From NCBI GenBank assembly GCA_035281225.1, contig DATEEI010000117.1, forward strand, positions 62,720 to 126,719: a DNA stretch of 64,000 nt, read 5' to 3'. Below are positions 9,998 to 18,968 of this stretch, one piece after another. Made by a program: the position numbers and the translations under genes. The notes under the pieces are model-generated. The model did not search any database and was not told where the DNA came from. It saw only the letters and a program-made list of their open reading frames with translations. How positions within the stretch are numbered: the first letter of the stretch is position 1; each line of letters opens with the position of its first letter. Source of the stretch: Vicinamibacterales bacterium (GTDB lineage: Bacteria; Acidobacteriota; Vicinamibacteria; Vicinamibacterales; JAMQPK01).

Positions 9998-11454
9998 AAC
10001 AGGGTGCTTAGCGAGAACGCGGCAAACAGACCATAGAAGCACGCCATCGCGACGAGCGCGATGCGCCGCCAGAGCGCGGGGTGCAACTCCCGCGGCAACA
10101 GGTGCGTGTTCACATAGAGGAGATGGAGCGACGAAACCGTGAACACGGTCGCTGCGACATTCGCCGCGAGCATGATCAGGACGATCGGCTGCGCGAGGCG
10201 CAGCGCCACGATCCCCCACAAGCAGATGACACCCAGTGCGCAGTAGTACACGACCCGCACATCGCCGCGGCTCAGCGTGCGAACCCGTTTGCTTCCCGTC
10301 CAGAGAATGTCGGTGAGCGAGCGCACCATGCCCTCGACGATGTCGAGCTGGGTCTTGAACAGAATCCACGCGCCGAGCGCGGCGACGATGCCACCGAGCA
10401 CGGCTCCCGATCGCGTGCCGATGCTGGATGCAAGGGCCGCGCTGATCCCCAATCCCTGAATATTGCTGCCCACTGGAAGCAACGTTACGTACAAGACCGC
10501 CGGCAACACCATGCCGAACAGCGCGCCGGAGAAGAAAATTCCCCACTGATCGGCGCGAACGATTCGCCACCAGCCGCGCCAGCGACGCATGTTCTCCTCG
10601 TCGGGCTGGAAGATGAACCCGGCGTGGGCAAGCTTCACCTTATGTCCGCCGACCGCCGCAGGAATGTACCCGACGCGCTCTCCCATGCCGTAGCCCTTGT
10701 CGCGTGCCCAACTGGACAGCGCCATGTTCACCATTCCACCGGCTCCGGAATATCCGGCCAGCGCCGCCAGCAGTTGGAAGTCGGCGCCGCTCGGCAGAAA
10801 GTTGAATCCGCCTGCGACTCGGTCGAAGCCAATCAACCCCACGGCCGCGCCGAGCCACGTACCGCCGGGAACAAACACCAGCGAGAGGATGAGAAACCCG
10901 CCGAGGATGCAGACCACCATCACCCAATTGAGAAGCTCGAGTGTGTGCTCGATGCGGCGCCCGACCAGCAGCAGCGCGATGCAGATTAGAAATGTCGCAG
11001 CGCCGATGTTGTAGATCGACGCCGCATCCGCCGGGGCGGCGATGCGTCCCGTGGCAAGAAAGAAGATCGCCCCGGCCGACAGGCCTGCAGCATACGGCCA
11101 GCCGGTCTGCAGAAAGTACATGCCTGCGTAGAACCATGCCCAGAATGCACGCGATGGACGCGTGCGCATGAACCCGGTGAACACCGGCTCGCCGGTCGCC
11201 ACGGCATAGCGCATGAGCTCGGTGTTGAAAACGGTTTGAAAGAAGACCGAAACGAGGGTAATCCAGAGCAGGGAGAGGCCGTATCTCACGAAGGCGGCAG
11301 GACCTAGCAGGAACTCACCGCCTCCGATGGATAATCCCAGCACGATGACGCCGGGACCGACGACCCCCAGCCATTGGAGACCCTGGGGCGCTGGTGCTTC
11401 GGGGAGGTCGGCGCGGGTCCAGGGATCCAGGCCGGTGGTAGTTTCTTTGCTCAT
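9994..11454 (-). CDS. Nramp-related polytopic membrane transporter (substrate unknown)
   Basis: 486 aa, about 11-12 TM; 'GPGVIVLGLSIGGGEFLLGP' resembles the TM1 region of Nramp-like carriers but lacks the canonical DPGN motif. Confidence 0.55.
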   Translation of the reverse strand: MSKETTTGLDPWTRADLPEAPAPQGLQWLGVVGPGVIVLGLSIGGGEFLLGPAAFVRYGLSLLWITLVSVFFQTVFNTELMRYAVATGEPVFTGFMRTRPSRAFWAWFYAGMYFLQTGWPYAAGLSAGAIFFLATGRIAAPADAASIYNIGAATFLICIALLLVGRRIEHTLELLNWVMVVCILGGFLILSLVFVPGGTWLGAAVGLIGFDRVAGGFNFLPSGADFQLLAALAGYSGAGGMVNMALSSWARDKGYGMGERVGYIPAAVGGHKVKLAHAGFIFQPDEENMRRWRGWWRIVRADQWGIFFSGALFGMVLPAVLYVTLLPVGSNIQGLGISAALASSIGTRSGAVLGGIVAALGAWILFKTQLDIVEGMVRSLTDILWTGSKRVRTLSRGDVRVVYYCALGVICLWGIVALRLAQPIVLIMLAANVAATVFTVSSLHLLYVNTHLLPRELHPALWRRIALVAMACFYGLFAAFSLSTLF

Positions 11455-11488
11455 GGAGTAGGAAGTCTAAAGCCGATAAGAGAGTATC

Positions 11489-14400
11489 TTGGAAATTTTC
11501 TACCTCGTCGGCCTGTTCCTGGTCGTGGTGCCGTTTGTGCTCCCGATCGTGAGCCTGGTGCGCTCCAGTCGAACGCGGGCGCGCCTCAACGCGCTCGAGC
11601 GCAAAGTGGCCGATCAGGAACGGATGATCGAGCTCCTTGTAGAGAAAGTCCGCCAGGGGGAGAAGGCGGCGGTGGCCACACCGAAAGTCGAGCCGCCACC
11701 AGTCGTGCAGCCGCCGGTCGCGCAGCCGCCGCCGGTCGTCAAGGCCGAACCACCACGCATTCCGTCACCACCACCAGTTCCCCCGCCAACGCCAGGTCCC
11801 ACACCACCGCCGGCACCAGCAACCGTTCGACCGCCTTCACCACCAGCGCCGATGCGCCCTCCGGCCGCACCGCCTGCTCCGCCCACGTTCAAGAAACCGT
11901 CGCTGACGCTGCCGGCGTTCGAGTGGGAAAGCCTGATTGGCGTCAAACTGTTTTCCGGCATCGCCGGCGTGGCGCTCGTCATCGCCGCGATCTTCTTCCT
12001 GCGCTATTCGATCGAACACGGATGGCTCGAGCCGCCCGTCCGCGTGGCGATCGGCATCCTCGTCGCGATTGCACTGCTCGTAGTGTGCGAGTTGAAAGCG
12101 GCGCGACAGTATCGCGTCACCGCGAATGCGCTCGATGCCGCGGCCATCGCGATTCTGTTCTCGACGTTCTTTGCGGCGCACTCGCTGTGGAATCTCATTC
12201 CCGCCGGCGCCGCCTTCGGGCTGCTTGCGCTGGTGACCGCCGTCGCGGTGGCGCTGTCGATCCGCCGCGACTCGATGTTTATCGCGGTGCTCGGTCTGCT
12301 CGGCGGCTTCGCCACGCCTGCGCTACTGTCCACCGGCGAGAATCGCCCGATTCCCCTGTTCGCGTACCTGCTCTTGCTGAACCTCGGGCTCGCCTGGGTC
12401 GCCTATCGCAAACACTGGCCGCTGTTGAGCACGCTGACGGTCGCGCTGACGGCGGTGTACCAGTGGGGCTGGGTCTTCAAATTCCTGACGACCTCGCAGC
12501 TATCGCTCGCCGCCGGCATCTTTCTGCTGTTCCCGGTCGTGACGCTGGTCGGGCTCATGTTGGCGCGGCGAGCGCCAGCGGGCGAGGGCGCAGACGCGAC
12601 GGAGTTGACGTTCGAGCGGACAGCGCTGATAGCGGCCGGGCTGCCGTTGTTCTTCGCCGTGTACCTGGCTGCCGTGCCGGCCTACGGGCAGCACACGGGA
12701 ATTCTGTTCGGTCTTCTCCTGATCGTCGATGTCGGACTGCTGGCAATCGCGCTGGCGCGCAAGGAGGAGCTGCTGCACGCTGTCGGCGCCTCCGGCACGA
12801 TCGCGGTGTTCGCGTTGTGGCTATCCAAATCGTACGAGTCCGGTAGTTACACAACGCCATTGTGGTTTCTGCCGATCTTTGTGGCGTTCTTCCTGTTCGC
12901 TCCGCATCTGGCTCATCGGCTCGCGCGCTCGTTCCGCGGAGAAGCACGACACGCCGTTTACGTCGCACCGCTGCTGCTCGTGGCGTTCTCCGTGTTCGCC
13001 AGCACGCCGCCAGCTGCGGCCTCGCCACTGCCGCTGTTCGCTGTGCTGTTCGGTCTTGTGACTCTTCTGTCCTGGCGAGCCCTCGCGACATCGGATGGGT
13101 TCCTCTATTTCCCCGCCGCGTTTCTATCGGTCGCAGCACAGGCCGTCTGGTCGAGCGAGAACCTGTCGCCCGAGCGTTTCCTGGACGCCATGGGCATCTA
13201 CGCCGCGCTCGGCGCGCTGTCGATTGGTGTGCCGCTCGCCGCGCGACGGCTCGAACGGGTACTTGTCCCCCACTGGGGTTCGGGAGCTGTCCTTCTGGCC
13301 AGCGCCGGTCTCATGTGGTTCCTGACCAAGGCGTCGGTGGCTCCCGCCGCTTCGTGGGGATTTGCCCTTCTGATTGTGATGCTCCATGCGGGCCTGTTCA
13401 TCGAAGCCGCCGCCGGCAGACTCCCGACAATCTCGGTGGCGGCCGGTGTGATGTCATCGCTCGTGCTGGCCGTATGGTGGTCGGAATCGGCAACGGCTAT
13501 CGGTCTATTGCCGTCGCTGCTGGTGATTCTGCTGGTGACATTGGTGATGCTGGCTGGCCACGCCTGGTCGTCTTCACCAGCCGTCGCCCGCTCGAACGAT
13601 GCGGGCTTCGGCGAGGATGGACTACAGAGTGGTTCCTTTCTCGCGTTAGGCGGACACTTGTTTCTGATCTTCCTCGCGGCCGAGCCGGTATGGGCGATTC
13701 CACCATGGCCGCTGTTTGCGACGATCGGCATCATGACGCTGGCGGTTAGCATGACTGCGTTGCATGCGAACGTGCAGACGCTTCATGCCGGTGGCGTCGC
13801 CGCCGCCATGCTCGCGATCCTGTTCTGGACCAGCGCCGCGCAGATCGCTCCGTGGCCCTCAATCGCGCTCGTGGCCGGAGCTGTCGTCGCTAGTTTCACG
13901 CTGGTGTGGATTCTGGTGGCCGACCGCAGATGGGCGTCGCAGGTGCCTCGCGTCGCGGCGGGCGTGGCACTCTTTCTCTTCGAACTGATCATCATCACGA
14001 CCGCCACGGTGCGCGGCGCACCGCAAGTGGGAGTGCTGGTCGCCGCGCACATGATCACGTTCGCCGTGCTGCTGGCTCTCACGTGGCGAGCCGGATGGGC
14101 ATTCGTCGCGCCCGCGGCGATCGTTCCGGCGGCCATGGCGCTGGCGAGCTGGCACGAGCTGCATCAGGATCCGGAATCCTGGCGAGGTCTCCTCGCACTG
14201 AGCGCCGGAATCTACGCCGTGTTTGTCGCCTATCCGTTTGTGCTCGGGGCTCGTGCGCGGACGAACCGCGAACCGCACCTCGCGGCTATTCTGGCCAGCG
14301 GACTGTTCTTCTTCGGAGCGCGGGCGGCGCTTCTGCAGGGTGACCTGGACCATCTGGTGGGCGCGATTCCCGTATTCGAGGGCGCGGTGCTCGCGCTGCT

Positions 14401-15178
14401 GCTTCGCCAGCTGCTCAGCATTCAGGCACCGGGCACGCGCGACCTCGGCCGACTTGCGCTGGTCGCCGGCGCGTCGCTGGCATTCCTCACGGTGGCAATC
14501 CCGCTGCAGCTGAACCAGCAATGGATCACGATTGGCTGGGCGCTCGAAGGCGCCGCGCTGGCCTGGCTGTATCGGCGTATTCCTCACCGCGGGCTTCTGT
14601 ATGCGACGGCCGGTCTGCTGGCGGTGGTCTTCGTGCGCCTCGCCCTGAATCCGGAGATCTTCCGCTACGAGCCACGCGGGTCGCTTCGCATCTGGAACTG
14701 GTACCTCTACACCTATGTCACGTGCGCGGCCGCGTTCTTTCTCGCAGCCTGGTCCCTGTGGCGCACCGAAGACCGTCTCGGACCGTGGAAATGGCGACTG
14801 TCGCAAATCGCCCCAGCCTGCGGCACCGTTCTGTTATTCATCGTCCTCAACATCGAGATCGCCGATTATTACGCGACCGGTCCTGAGATCATGTTTCGCT
14901 TCGGCGTGACGCTCGCACAGGACCTGACGTACACCATCGGCTGGCTGGCCTTTGGGATTCTGATGCTCATCGCCGGCATCTATCTGAAGGCGCACGCCGC
15001 GCGGATCGCGGCACTCATCCTGATTGCGATCACGACGTTCAAGTGCTTCCTCTACGATCTGAGCTCGCTCGGCGGCCTGTATCGAGTCGGGTCGTTTGTC
15101 GGATTGGCGTTCGCCCTCATACTCGTTTCGCTCGCGCTGCAGAAGTACGTGCTGCGCGCGCCCAAGGACACACGATGA
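11489..15178 (+). CDS. DUF2339-family giant polytopic membrane protein
   Basis: TTG start. N-terminal TM, coiled coil ('RLNALERKVADQERMIELL'), ~90-aa Pro-rich linker, then more than 25 TM segments. This is the architecture typical of DUF2339. Confidence 0.75.
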   Translation: MEIFYLVGLFLVVVPFVLPIVSLVRSSRTRARLNALERKVADQERMIELLVEKVRQGEKAAVATPKVEPPPVVQPPVAQPPPVVKAEPPRIPSPPPVPPPTPGPTPPPAPATVRPPSPPAPMRPPAAPPAPPTFKKPSLTLPAFEWESLIGVKLFSGIAGVALVIAAIFFLRYSIEHGWLEPPVRVAIGILVAIALLVVCELKAARQYRVTANALDAAAIAILFSTFFAAHSLWNLIPAGAAFGLLALVTAVAVALSIRRDSMFIAVLGLLGGFATPALLSTGENRPIPLFAYLLLLNLGLAWVAYRKHWPLLSTLTVALTAVYQWGWVFKFLTTSQLSLAAGIFLLFPVVTLVGLMLARRAPAGEGADATELTFERTALIAAGLPLFFAVYLAAVPAYGQHTGILFGLLLIVDVGLLAIALARKEELLHAVGASGTIAVFALWLSKSYESGSYTTPLWFLPIFVAFFLFAPHLAHRLARSFRGEARHAVYVAPLLLVAFSVFASTPPAAASPLPLFAVLFGLVTLLSWRALATSDGFLYFPAAFLSVAAQAVWSSENLSPERFLDAMGIYAALGALSIGVPLAARRLERVLVPHWGSGAVLLASAGLMWFLTKASVAPAASWGFALLIVMLHAGLFIEAAAGRLPTISVAAGVMSSLVLAVWWSESATAIGLLPSLLVILLVTLVMLAGHAWSSSPAVARSNDAGFGEDGLQSGSFLALGGHLFLIFLAAEPVWAIPPWPLFATIGIMTLAVSMTALHANVQTLHAGGVAAAMLAILFWTSAAQIAPWPSIALVAGAVVASFTLVWILVADRRWASQVPRVAAGVALFLFELIIITTATVRGAPQVGVLVAAHMITFAVLLALTWRAGWAFVAPAAIVPAAMALASWHELHQDPESWRGLLALSAGIYAVFVAYPFVLGARARTNREPHLAAILASGLFFFGARAALLQGDLDHLVGAIPVFEGAVLALLLRQLLSIQAPGTRDLGRLALVAGASLAFLTVAIPLQLNQQWITIGWALEGAALAWLYRRIPHRGLLYATAGLLAVVFVRLALNPEIFRYEPRGSLRIWNWYLYTYVTCAAAFFLAAWSLWRTEDRLGPWKWRLSQIAPACGTVLLFIVLNIEIADYYATGPEIMFRFGVTLAQDLTYTIGWLAFGILMLIAGIYLKAHAARIAALILIAITTFKCFLYDLSSLGGLYRVGSFVGLAFALILVSLALQKYVLRAPKDTR

Positions 15179-17217
15179 CCGTGCGACGCATTCCCGTCTG
15201 GCTCCTGTTGCTCAGCGCGAGCGTCGTGACGTTGACCGCGCAAGAGCCTCGCCGTGTGCCGCAGTTCGGGTTCGAGCGCCCGATTGTCTCGGCCGCCGGC
15301 CCTCAGCGGTTGCGCCCCGACGTGCCGCTGCTGACCGGCAGCCGGACTCGACTGGGCGATGTCCGGTTGTTCGATTCGTCGGGGCGCGAGGTGCCGTATC
15401 TCCTCGTGCAGTCGGCGCCGCCGCCGGACGAGTGGTCGATCGGAAGCGTCGCTGCAATCGCCGACACGAAGACCACGAGCGGTTTCGAAGTGGACTTCGA
15501 AGGCCTTGCGACGATCGATCGCGTGCGGCTTGTCGGCATTCCGGCGCCGTTCATGAAGCGCGCGCTGCTCGAAGGCAGCGGCGACCGCTCTCGCTGGACG
15601 GTGCTGCTCGATCAGACGACGATCTTCGACCTGCCCGGCAGTGAGCTGCGTCATCTCGATCTGGCGTTTGCGTCAGGCGCATACCGATATGTTCGCGTTA
15701 CTTGGGATGACACGAACAGCGCGAAAGTGCCGCCGCCTGCCACCGTGACCGCACGCAAGGTGCAGCGGGCTTACGTGCAGACCGCACCATTGAGCGCACC
15801 GGTCGTCTTCGAACGGCGCCCGAGCGAACCCGGCAAGAGCCGGTATCGCATCCGGCTCCCGGGCGCGCGCCTGCCGATTCTCGCGCTCGAACTGAATGTG
15901 GGCGGTGGCTATCTCCTGCGCCGCGCAACCGTCACCGAATCGCGCCTGATGGGCGGCAAGGTCGTTCCGGTCGTGGTCGGCAGCGCCACTCTGAGGAAGG
16001 TCGTCGAGGGACCTCTTGCCGCGACGGCGCTGCGAATATCGATCGCCTCGGCCAGCGAGCCGGAGCTCGATCTCGTCGTCGATGACGGCGACAATGCTCC
16101 GCTCGATCTGAGCGGGATGTCGATCACCTTCGCGGAACTGCCGTGGATTTATTTTGAGTCGGACGGTCAGGCAATCGTTGCGCGGTACGGTGACGCCGCT
16201 CTGCAGGCTCCGCGATACGACCTCGAAGCGGCGCGAACGACGATCTCCACGGAGATCGCCGACGTCGCAGAGGCACGCTGGGGCGATCCGCGGCCAATCG
16301 CGCCGACCGACACGATGTCGGCCGCGCCGGCAACCATGCCGACCGGAGGTGCCGCGATCGATGTGAGCCTGTTTCGGTTCACCAGAGCGCTGCCGGATGG
16401 CGAGGCCGGGCTGATCGCCGTGCCTCTCGATGCCGCCGCGCTCGCCCACAGCTCGGGACCTCAGACAGATTTCGCGGACGTACGTGTCGTCGATGCGAAC
16501 GGCCGGCAGGTGCCCTACGTCGTGGAGCGCCGCGACGAGCCATTGACGTTGGCACTCGCGCTCGAGCCGCGCAGCGCACCGACGCAGCCGTCGCACGTGT
16601 TGCAGAGCGGCGGCACGACCACGTATTACCGGGCGCGGCTGCCGATGGCCGGACTTCCTCAGGGACGCCTGGTGCTGTCGACGAGCGCGCGGGTCTTCGA
16701 TCGCACGGTGAGCGTCGCCGTCGAGCGGCCTGCCGATCGTCAACGGCGCGACGCCTGGCAGGAACAGATCGCGATCGCGCGGTGGGTGCATGCGAATCGC
16801 GACACCGCCGCTCCCGCTCTGACGCTGCCGTTGTATTCAGTCGACGTCGCGGAGCTCTTGATTGCAGTGGCCGAGGGGGACAACAGTCCGCTACCGATCA
16901 CCTCGGCGCAGGTGTTGTTGCCGTCGTATCGACTGCGTCTGTTTCGCGCCGAGCGGATGCCGTTGCGCGTGGTGTACGGGCAGACGAAATTGGGACCACC
17001 CAGCTATGACTTGGCGCTCCTCGCGCCTCAGGTGCTGGGCGTCGCGGCTCGCGAGGTGAGCCTGTCGCAGGAGCAGGGCGCGTCCGGAGGAACGAACCCG
17101 GCCATCGCCGCGCTGGTGTCCCCTCGGGTGTTCTGGGGCGTGTTGGTCGTCGCCGTGATGGCGCTGCTCGTGCTCCTCGCGCGTTTGTTGAAGCGCGAGC
17201 CGCCGATGAAGGTGTGA
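15175..17217 (+). CDS. Secreted, C-terminally anchored protein (DUF3999-like by context)
   Basis: The ATG at 15175 overlaps the DUF2339 stop (ATGA). Signal 'MTVRRIPVWLLLLSASVVTLTAQ'; C-terminal TM 'VFWGVLVVAVMALLVLLARLL'. DUF3999 commonly neighbours DUF2339. Confidence 0.6.
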   Translation: MTVRRIPVWLLLLSASVVTLTAQEPRRVPQFGFERPIVSAAGPQRLRPDVPLLTGSRTRLGDVRLFDSSGREVPYLLVQSAPPPDEWSIGSVAAIADTKTTSGFEVDFEGLATIDRVRLVGIPAPFMKRALLEGSGDRSRWTVLLDQTTIFDLPGSELRHLDLAFASGAYRYVRVTWDDTNSAKVPPPATVTARKVQRAYVQTAPLSAPVVFERRPSEPGKSRYRIRLPGARLPILALELNVGGGYLLRRATVTESRLMGGKVVPVVVGSATLRKVVEGPLAATALRISIASASEPELDLVVDDGDNAPLDLSGMSITFAELPWIYFESDGQAIVARYGDAALQAPRYDLEAARTTISTEIADVAEARWGDPRPIAPTDTMSAAPATMPTGGAAIDVSLFRFTRALPDGEAGLIAVPLDAAALAHSSGPQTDFADVRVVDANGRQVPYVVERRDEPLTLALALEPRSAPTQPSHVLQSGGTTTYYRARLPMAGLPQGRLVLSTSARVFDRTVSVAVERPADRQRRDAWQEQIAIARWVHANRDTAAPALTLPLYSVDVAELLIAVAEGDNSPLPITSAQVLLPSYRLRLFRAERMPLRVVYGQTKLGPPSYDLALLAPQVLGVAAREVSLSQEQGASGGTNPAIAALVSPRVFWGVLVVAVMALLVLLARLLKREPPMKV

Positions 17218-17239
17218 GTTGTGTAATTATCTGAGCACG

Positions 17240-17315
17240 AGCGCCCGTAGCTCAGTGGATAGAGCACCGGCCTTCTAAGCCGGGGGTCGCAGGTTCGAGA
17301 CCTGCCGGGCGCGCC
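17240..17315 (+). tRNA. tRNA-Arg (anticodon TCT), CCA encoded
   Basis: Folds by hand into a 76-nt cloverleaf: GCGCCCG/CGGGCGC acceptor, GCTC/GAGC D-stem, CCGGC-CTTCTAA-GCCGG anticodon arm, GCAGG-TTCGAGA-CCTGC T-arm, discriminator G, CCA. Confidence 0.95.
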
Positions 17316-17409
17316 ATCCGCCTCCGCTCGGTGTGAACTCAGGCGAGCTACGGCGCGATGGCGCGAGAGTGCTTGTGCCTCGCCGAAGCAACGCATGTTG
17401 CGCAGGCGG

Positions 17410-17422
17410 GCCGGGCGCGCCA
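17410..17422 (+). repeat. 13-nt direct repeat of the tRNA-Arg 3' end
   Basis: GCCGGGCGCGCCA occurs at 17303-17315 (tRNA 3' end) and again at 17410-17422. Confidence 0.6.
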
Positions 17423-17447
17423 ACGATTCGCCACCAAGGGGCCGACG

Positions 17448-17699
17448 ATGACGCTGACCGATCGGATCGAAGTCAATCCGCAGGTAATGCTCGGTAAGCC
17501 GGTCATCCGCGGCACGCGGATTCCGGTCGAGCTGATCCTTCGCAAGCTCAGTGAAGGTGCATCCGAAGCGGACCTTCTCGACGGATATCCTTCCCTGAAG
17601 CGCGAGGACATCCAAGCCGCGATACGTTACGCTGCGGACGCGCTCGCTCACGAAGAAGTCGTCTTCATCGGGACGAAGTCCCCGGAGCATCGGGACTGA
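17448..17699 (+). CDS. DUF433-family antitoxin-like protein
   Basis: 'NPQVMLGKPVIRGTRIPVELILRKLSEGASEADLLDGYPSLKREDIQAAIRYAA' matches the DUF433 consensus. It lies immediately upstream of a DUF5615 gene. Confidence 0.8.
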   Translation: MTLTDRIEVNPQVMLGKPVIRGTRIPVELILRKLSEGASEADLLDGYPSLKREDIQAAIRYAADALAHEEVVFIGTKSPEHRD

Positions 17700-17701
17700 A
17701 C

Positions 17702-18058
17702 TTGCGGTTCCTCGCCGACGAAAGTTGCGACTTCGCTGTCGTCAGAGCATTGCGAGAAGCAGGTCATGACGTCACGGCGGTAGCCGAGATCAACCCGGGA
17801 ATCGACGATGGCGTCGTGATCGCTCTGGCGCATTCTGAATCACGAGCGCTCCTGACCGAAGACAAAGACTTCGGACAACTCGTATACGCCGGCGGCCAGG
17901 AAGCCGCTGGAGTGATTCTGATTCGCTTTCCGAGTGCGACTCGGAGCACGCTCGGGCAAACGGTCGCAAATATGGTCGATGAGCTCGCTGATCGGTTGGC
18001 CGGGGCGTTCATCGTCCTCGAACCTGGGCGCGCACGCATCTCACGACCTAGTCGTTAG
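17702..18058 (+). CDS. DUF5615-family PIN-like toxin candidate
   Basis: TTG start 2 nt after the DUF433 stop. 'RFLADESCDFAVVRALREAGHDV...ALLTEDKDFGQLVY' is the DUF5615 pattern. Confidence 0.75.
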   Translation: MRFLADESCDFAVVRALREAGHDVTAVAEINPGIDDGVVIALAHSESRALLTEDKDFGQLVYAGGQEAAGVILIRFPSATRSTLGQTVANMVDELADRLAGAFIVLEPGRARISRPSR

Positions 18059-18241
18059 TTGCAGATGTACCTTCAAATGAAAGGCAAGACTGCCGCCGCC
18101 ACACCCGAGCTCGAGGAGAGTTCTTGGTTCGGCATCAGCCGCATGCATCAGGATTGGCAATAGATCGGCTGCTTCGTCCACGTAGTGCGACGGCGGTGAG
18201 ACCATCGGCCACCACGAAGCGAGCTCACTGTACATCTTCAT
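18041..18241 (-). pseudogene. N-terminal fragment of a class I SAM-dependent methyltransferase
   Basis: 'YSELASWWPMVSPPSHYVDEAADLL...PRTLLELGCGGGSLAFHLK' (motif I) stops after 66 aa, where the TA cassette ends (overlap 18041-18058). No motif II/III follows. Confidence 0.55.
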
Positions 18242-18275
18242 AACCGATGCTCGTTTTCAAAGATCGTCGGGATGT

Positions 18276-18506
18276 TCACGTCAGCACGCGCTTCGCTCGT
18301 CGCAACGCGCTCCGCACGAGAAGGCCAATCACTATCATTGCGCCGATGTCCCAGGCGCAGAGCTGGCCGACGCGGTAATACGGCATATACTCCCAGAGGC
18401 CGTGGCGATCCACGACGGTTTCTTCAAACAGGACCCACGTGTTGAAGAAGGTCAACCAGATCGCAAGTCTGACGATCCCAGGCGTGTGGTTCTCGTATCG
18501 GTTCAT
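18276..18506 (-). CDS. Small (76 aa) two-TM membrane protein, unknown function
   Basis: Two hydrophobic helices ('VRLAIWLTFFNTWVLF', 'IGAMIVIGLLV'). Divergent from the MerR/SoxR-like gene; the promoter geometry points at its ATG. Confidence 0.5.
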   Translation of the reverse strand: MNRYENHTPGIVRLAIWLTFFNTWVLFEETVVDRHGLWEYMPYYRVGQLCAWDIGAMIVIGLLVRSALRRAKRVLT

Positions 18507-18513
18507 GTTAGAA

Positions 18514-18544
18514 AGGATGCGACTTCAAGTCGGCTTGAAGTCAA
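18514..18544 (-). promoter_or_regulatory. soxbox-like palindrome embedded in a 19-bp-spacer promoter
   Basis: Palindrome GACTTCAAG-tcgg-CTTGAAGTC (18521-18542). On the minus strand: TTGACT, 19-bp spacer, CATCCT, then ATG 7 nt later. Confidence 0.5.
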
Positions 18545-18551
18545 GAAGCTG

Positions 18552-18968
18552 ATGGCGATGAGCACGATTGGGGAAATCGCCTCGCGAACGGGACTGCGCG
18601 CGTCGGCGATCCGGTACTACGAGGCACAGGGATTGCTGCCGACCGCGGCGCGACAAGGCGGTAAGCGCGTGTACGATTCGTCGATCTTCCAGCGGATCGC
18701 GATTATCAACCTCGCGAAAGCGGCGGGCTTCAGTCTGTCGGAGATCCGCGACGTGCTGACAAAAGTCCGATCGAGTCAGCCGCGAACCGCATGGAAAGGA
18801 TTTGCGAAAGTCAAGCGCGCAGAGATCGAACACGAGCTCGAGAGACTTTCACTGCGGAAGCGTATTGTGACGGCGCTTGGGCGGTGCAGGTGCGCCAGTC
18901 TTGACGATTGTGGTCGGGCCTTTGCCGACGCTTTGGCCGTGAACAGCTTCACGCCCCGCCTCAAGTAG
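18552..18968 (+). CDS. MerR-family regulator, SoxR-like with C-x-C-x5-C tail
   Basis: Start moved to the ATG at 18552. HTH 'STIGEIASRTGLRASAIRYYEAQGLL'; C-terminal 'GRCRCASLDDCG'. Confidence 0.85.
   Translation: MAMSTIGEIASRTGLRASAIRYYEAQGLLPTAARQGGKRVYDSSIFQRIAIINLAKAAGFSLSEIRDVLTKVRSSQPRTAWKGFAKVKRAEIEHELERLSLRKRIVTALGRCRCASLDDCGRAFADALAVNSFTPRLK

Noticed and set aside
11690-11890. Repetitive CCG/CCA-rich DNA, considered as a tandem repeat or CRISPR-like array
   Set aside because: It is in frame inside the DUF2339 ORF and encodes a Pro-rich linker. There is no repeat-spacer periodicity.
9230-12846. Long ORFs 9230..10570 (-) and 11374..12846 (+) overlapping the sugar dehydrogenase, Nramp-like and DUF2339 genes
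   Set aside because: These are Arg/Ala/Gly/Pro-rich shadow frames without motifs. The overlapping frames carry recognisable domains and membrane topology.
17316-18275. Calling the tRNA-adjacent region a genomic island or mobile element
   Set aside because: I saw no integrase, transposase or phage genes. Only a short repeat, one TA pair and a truncated gene are present, so it is reported as a scar hypothesis.
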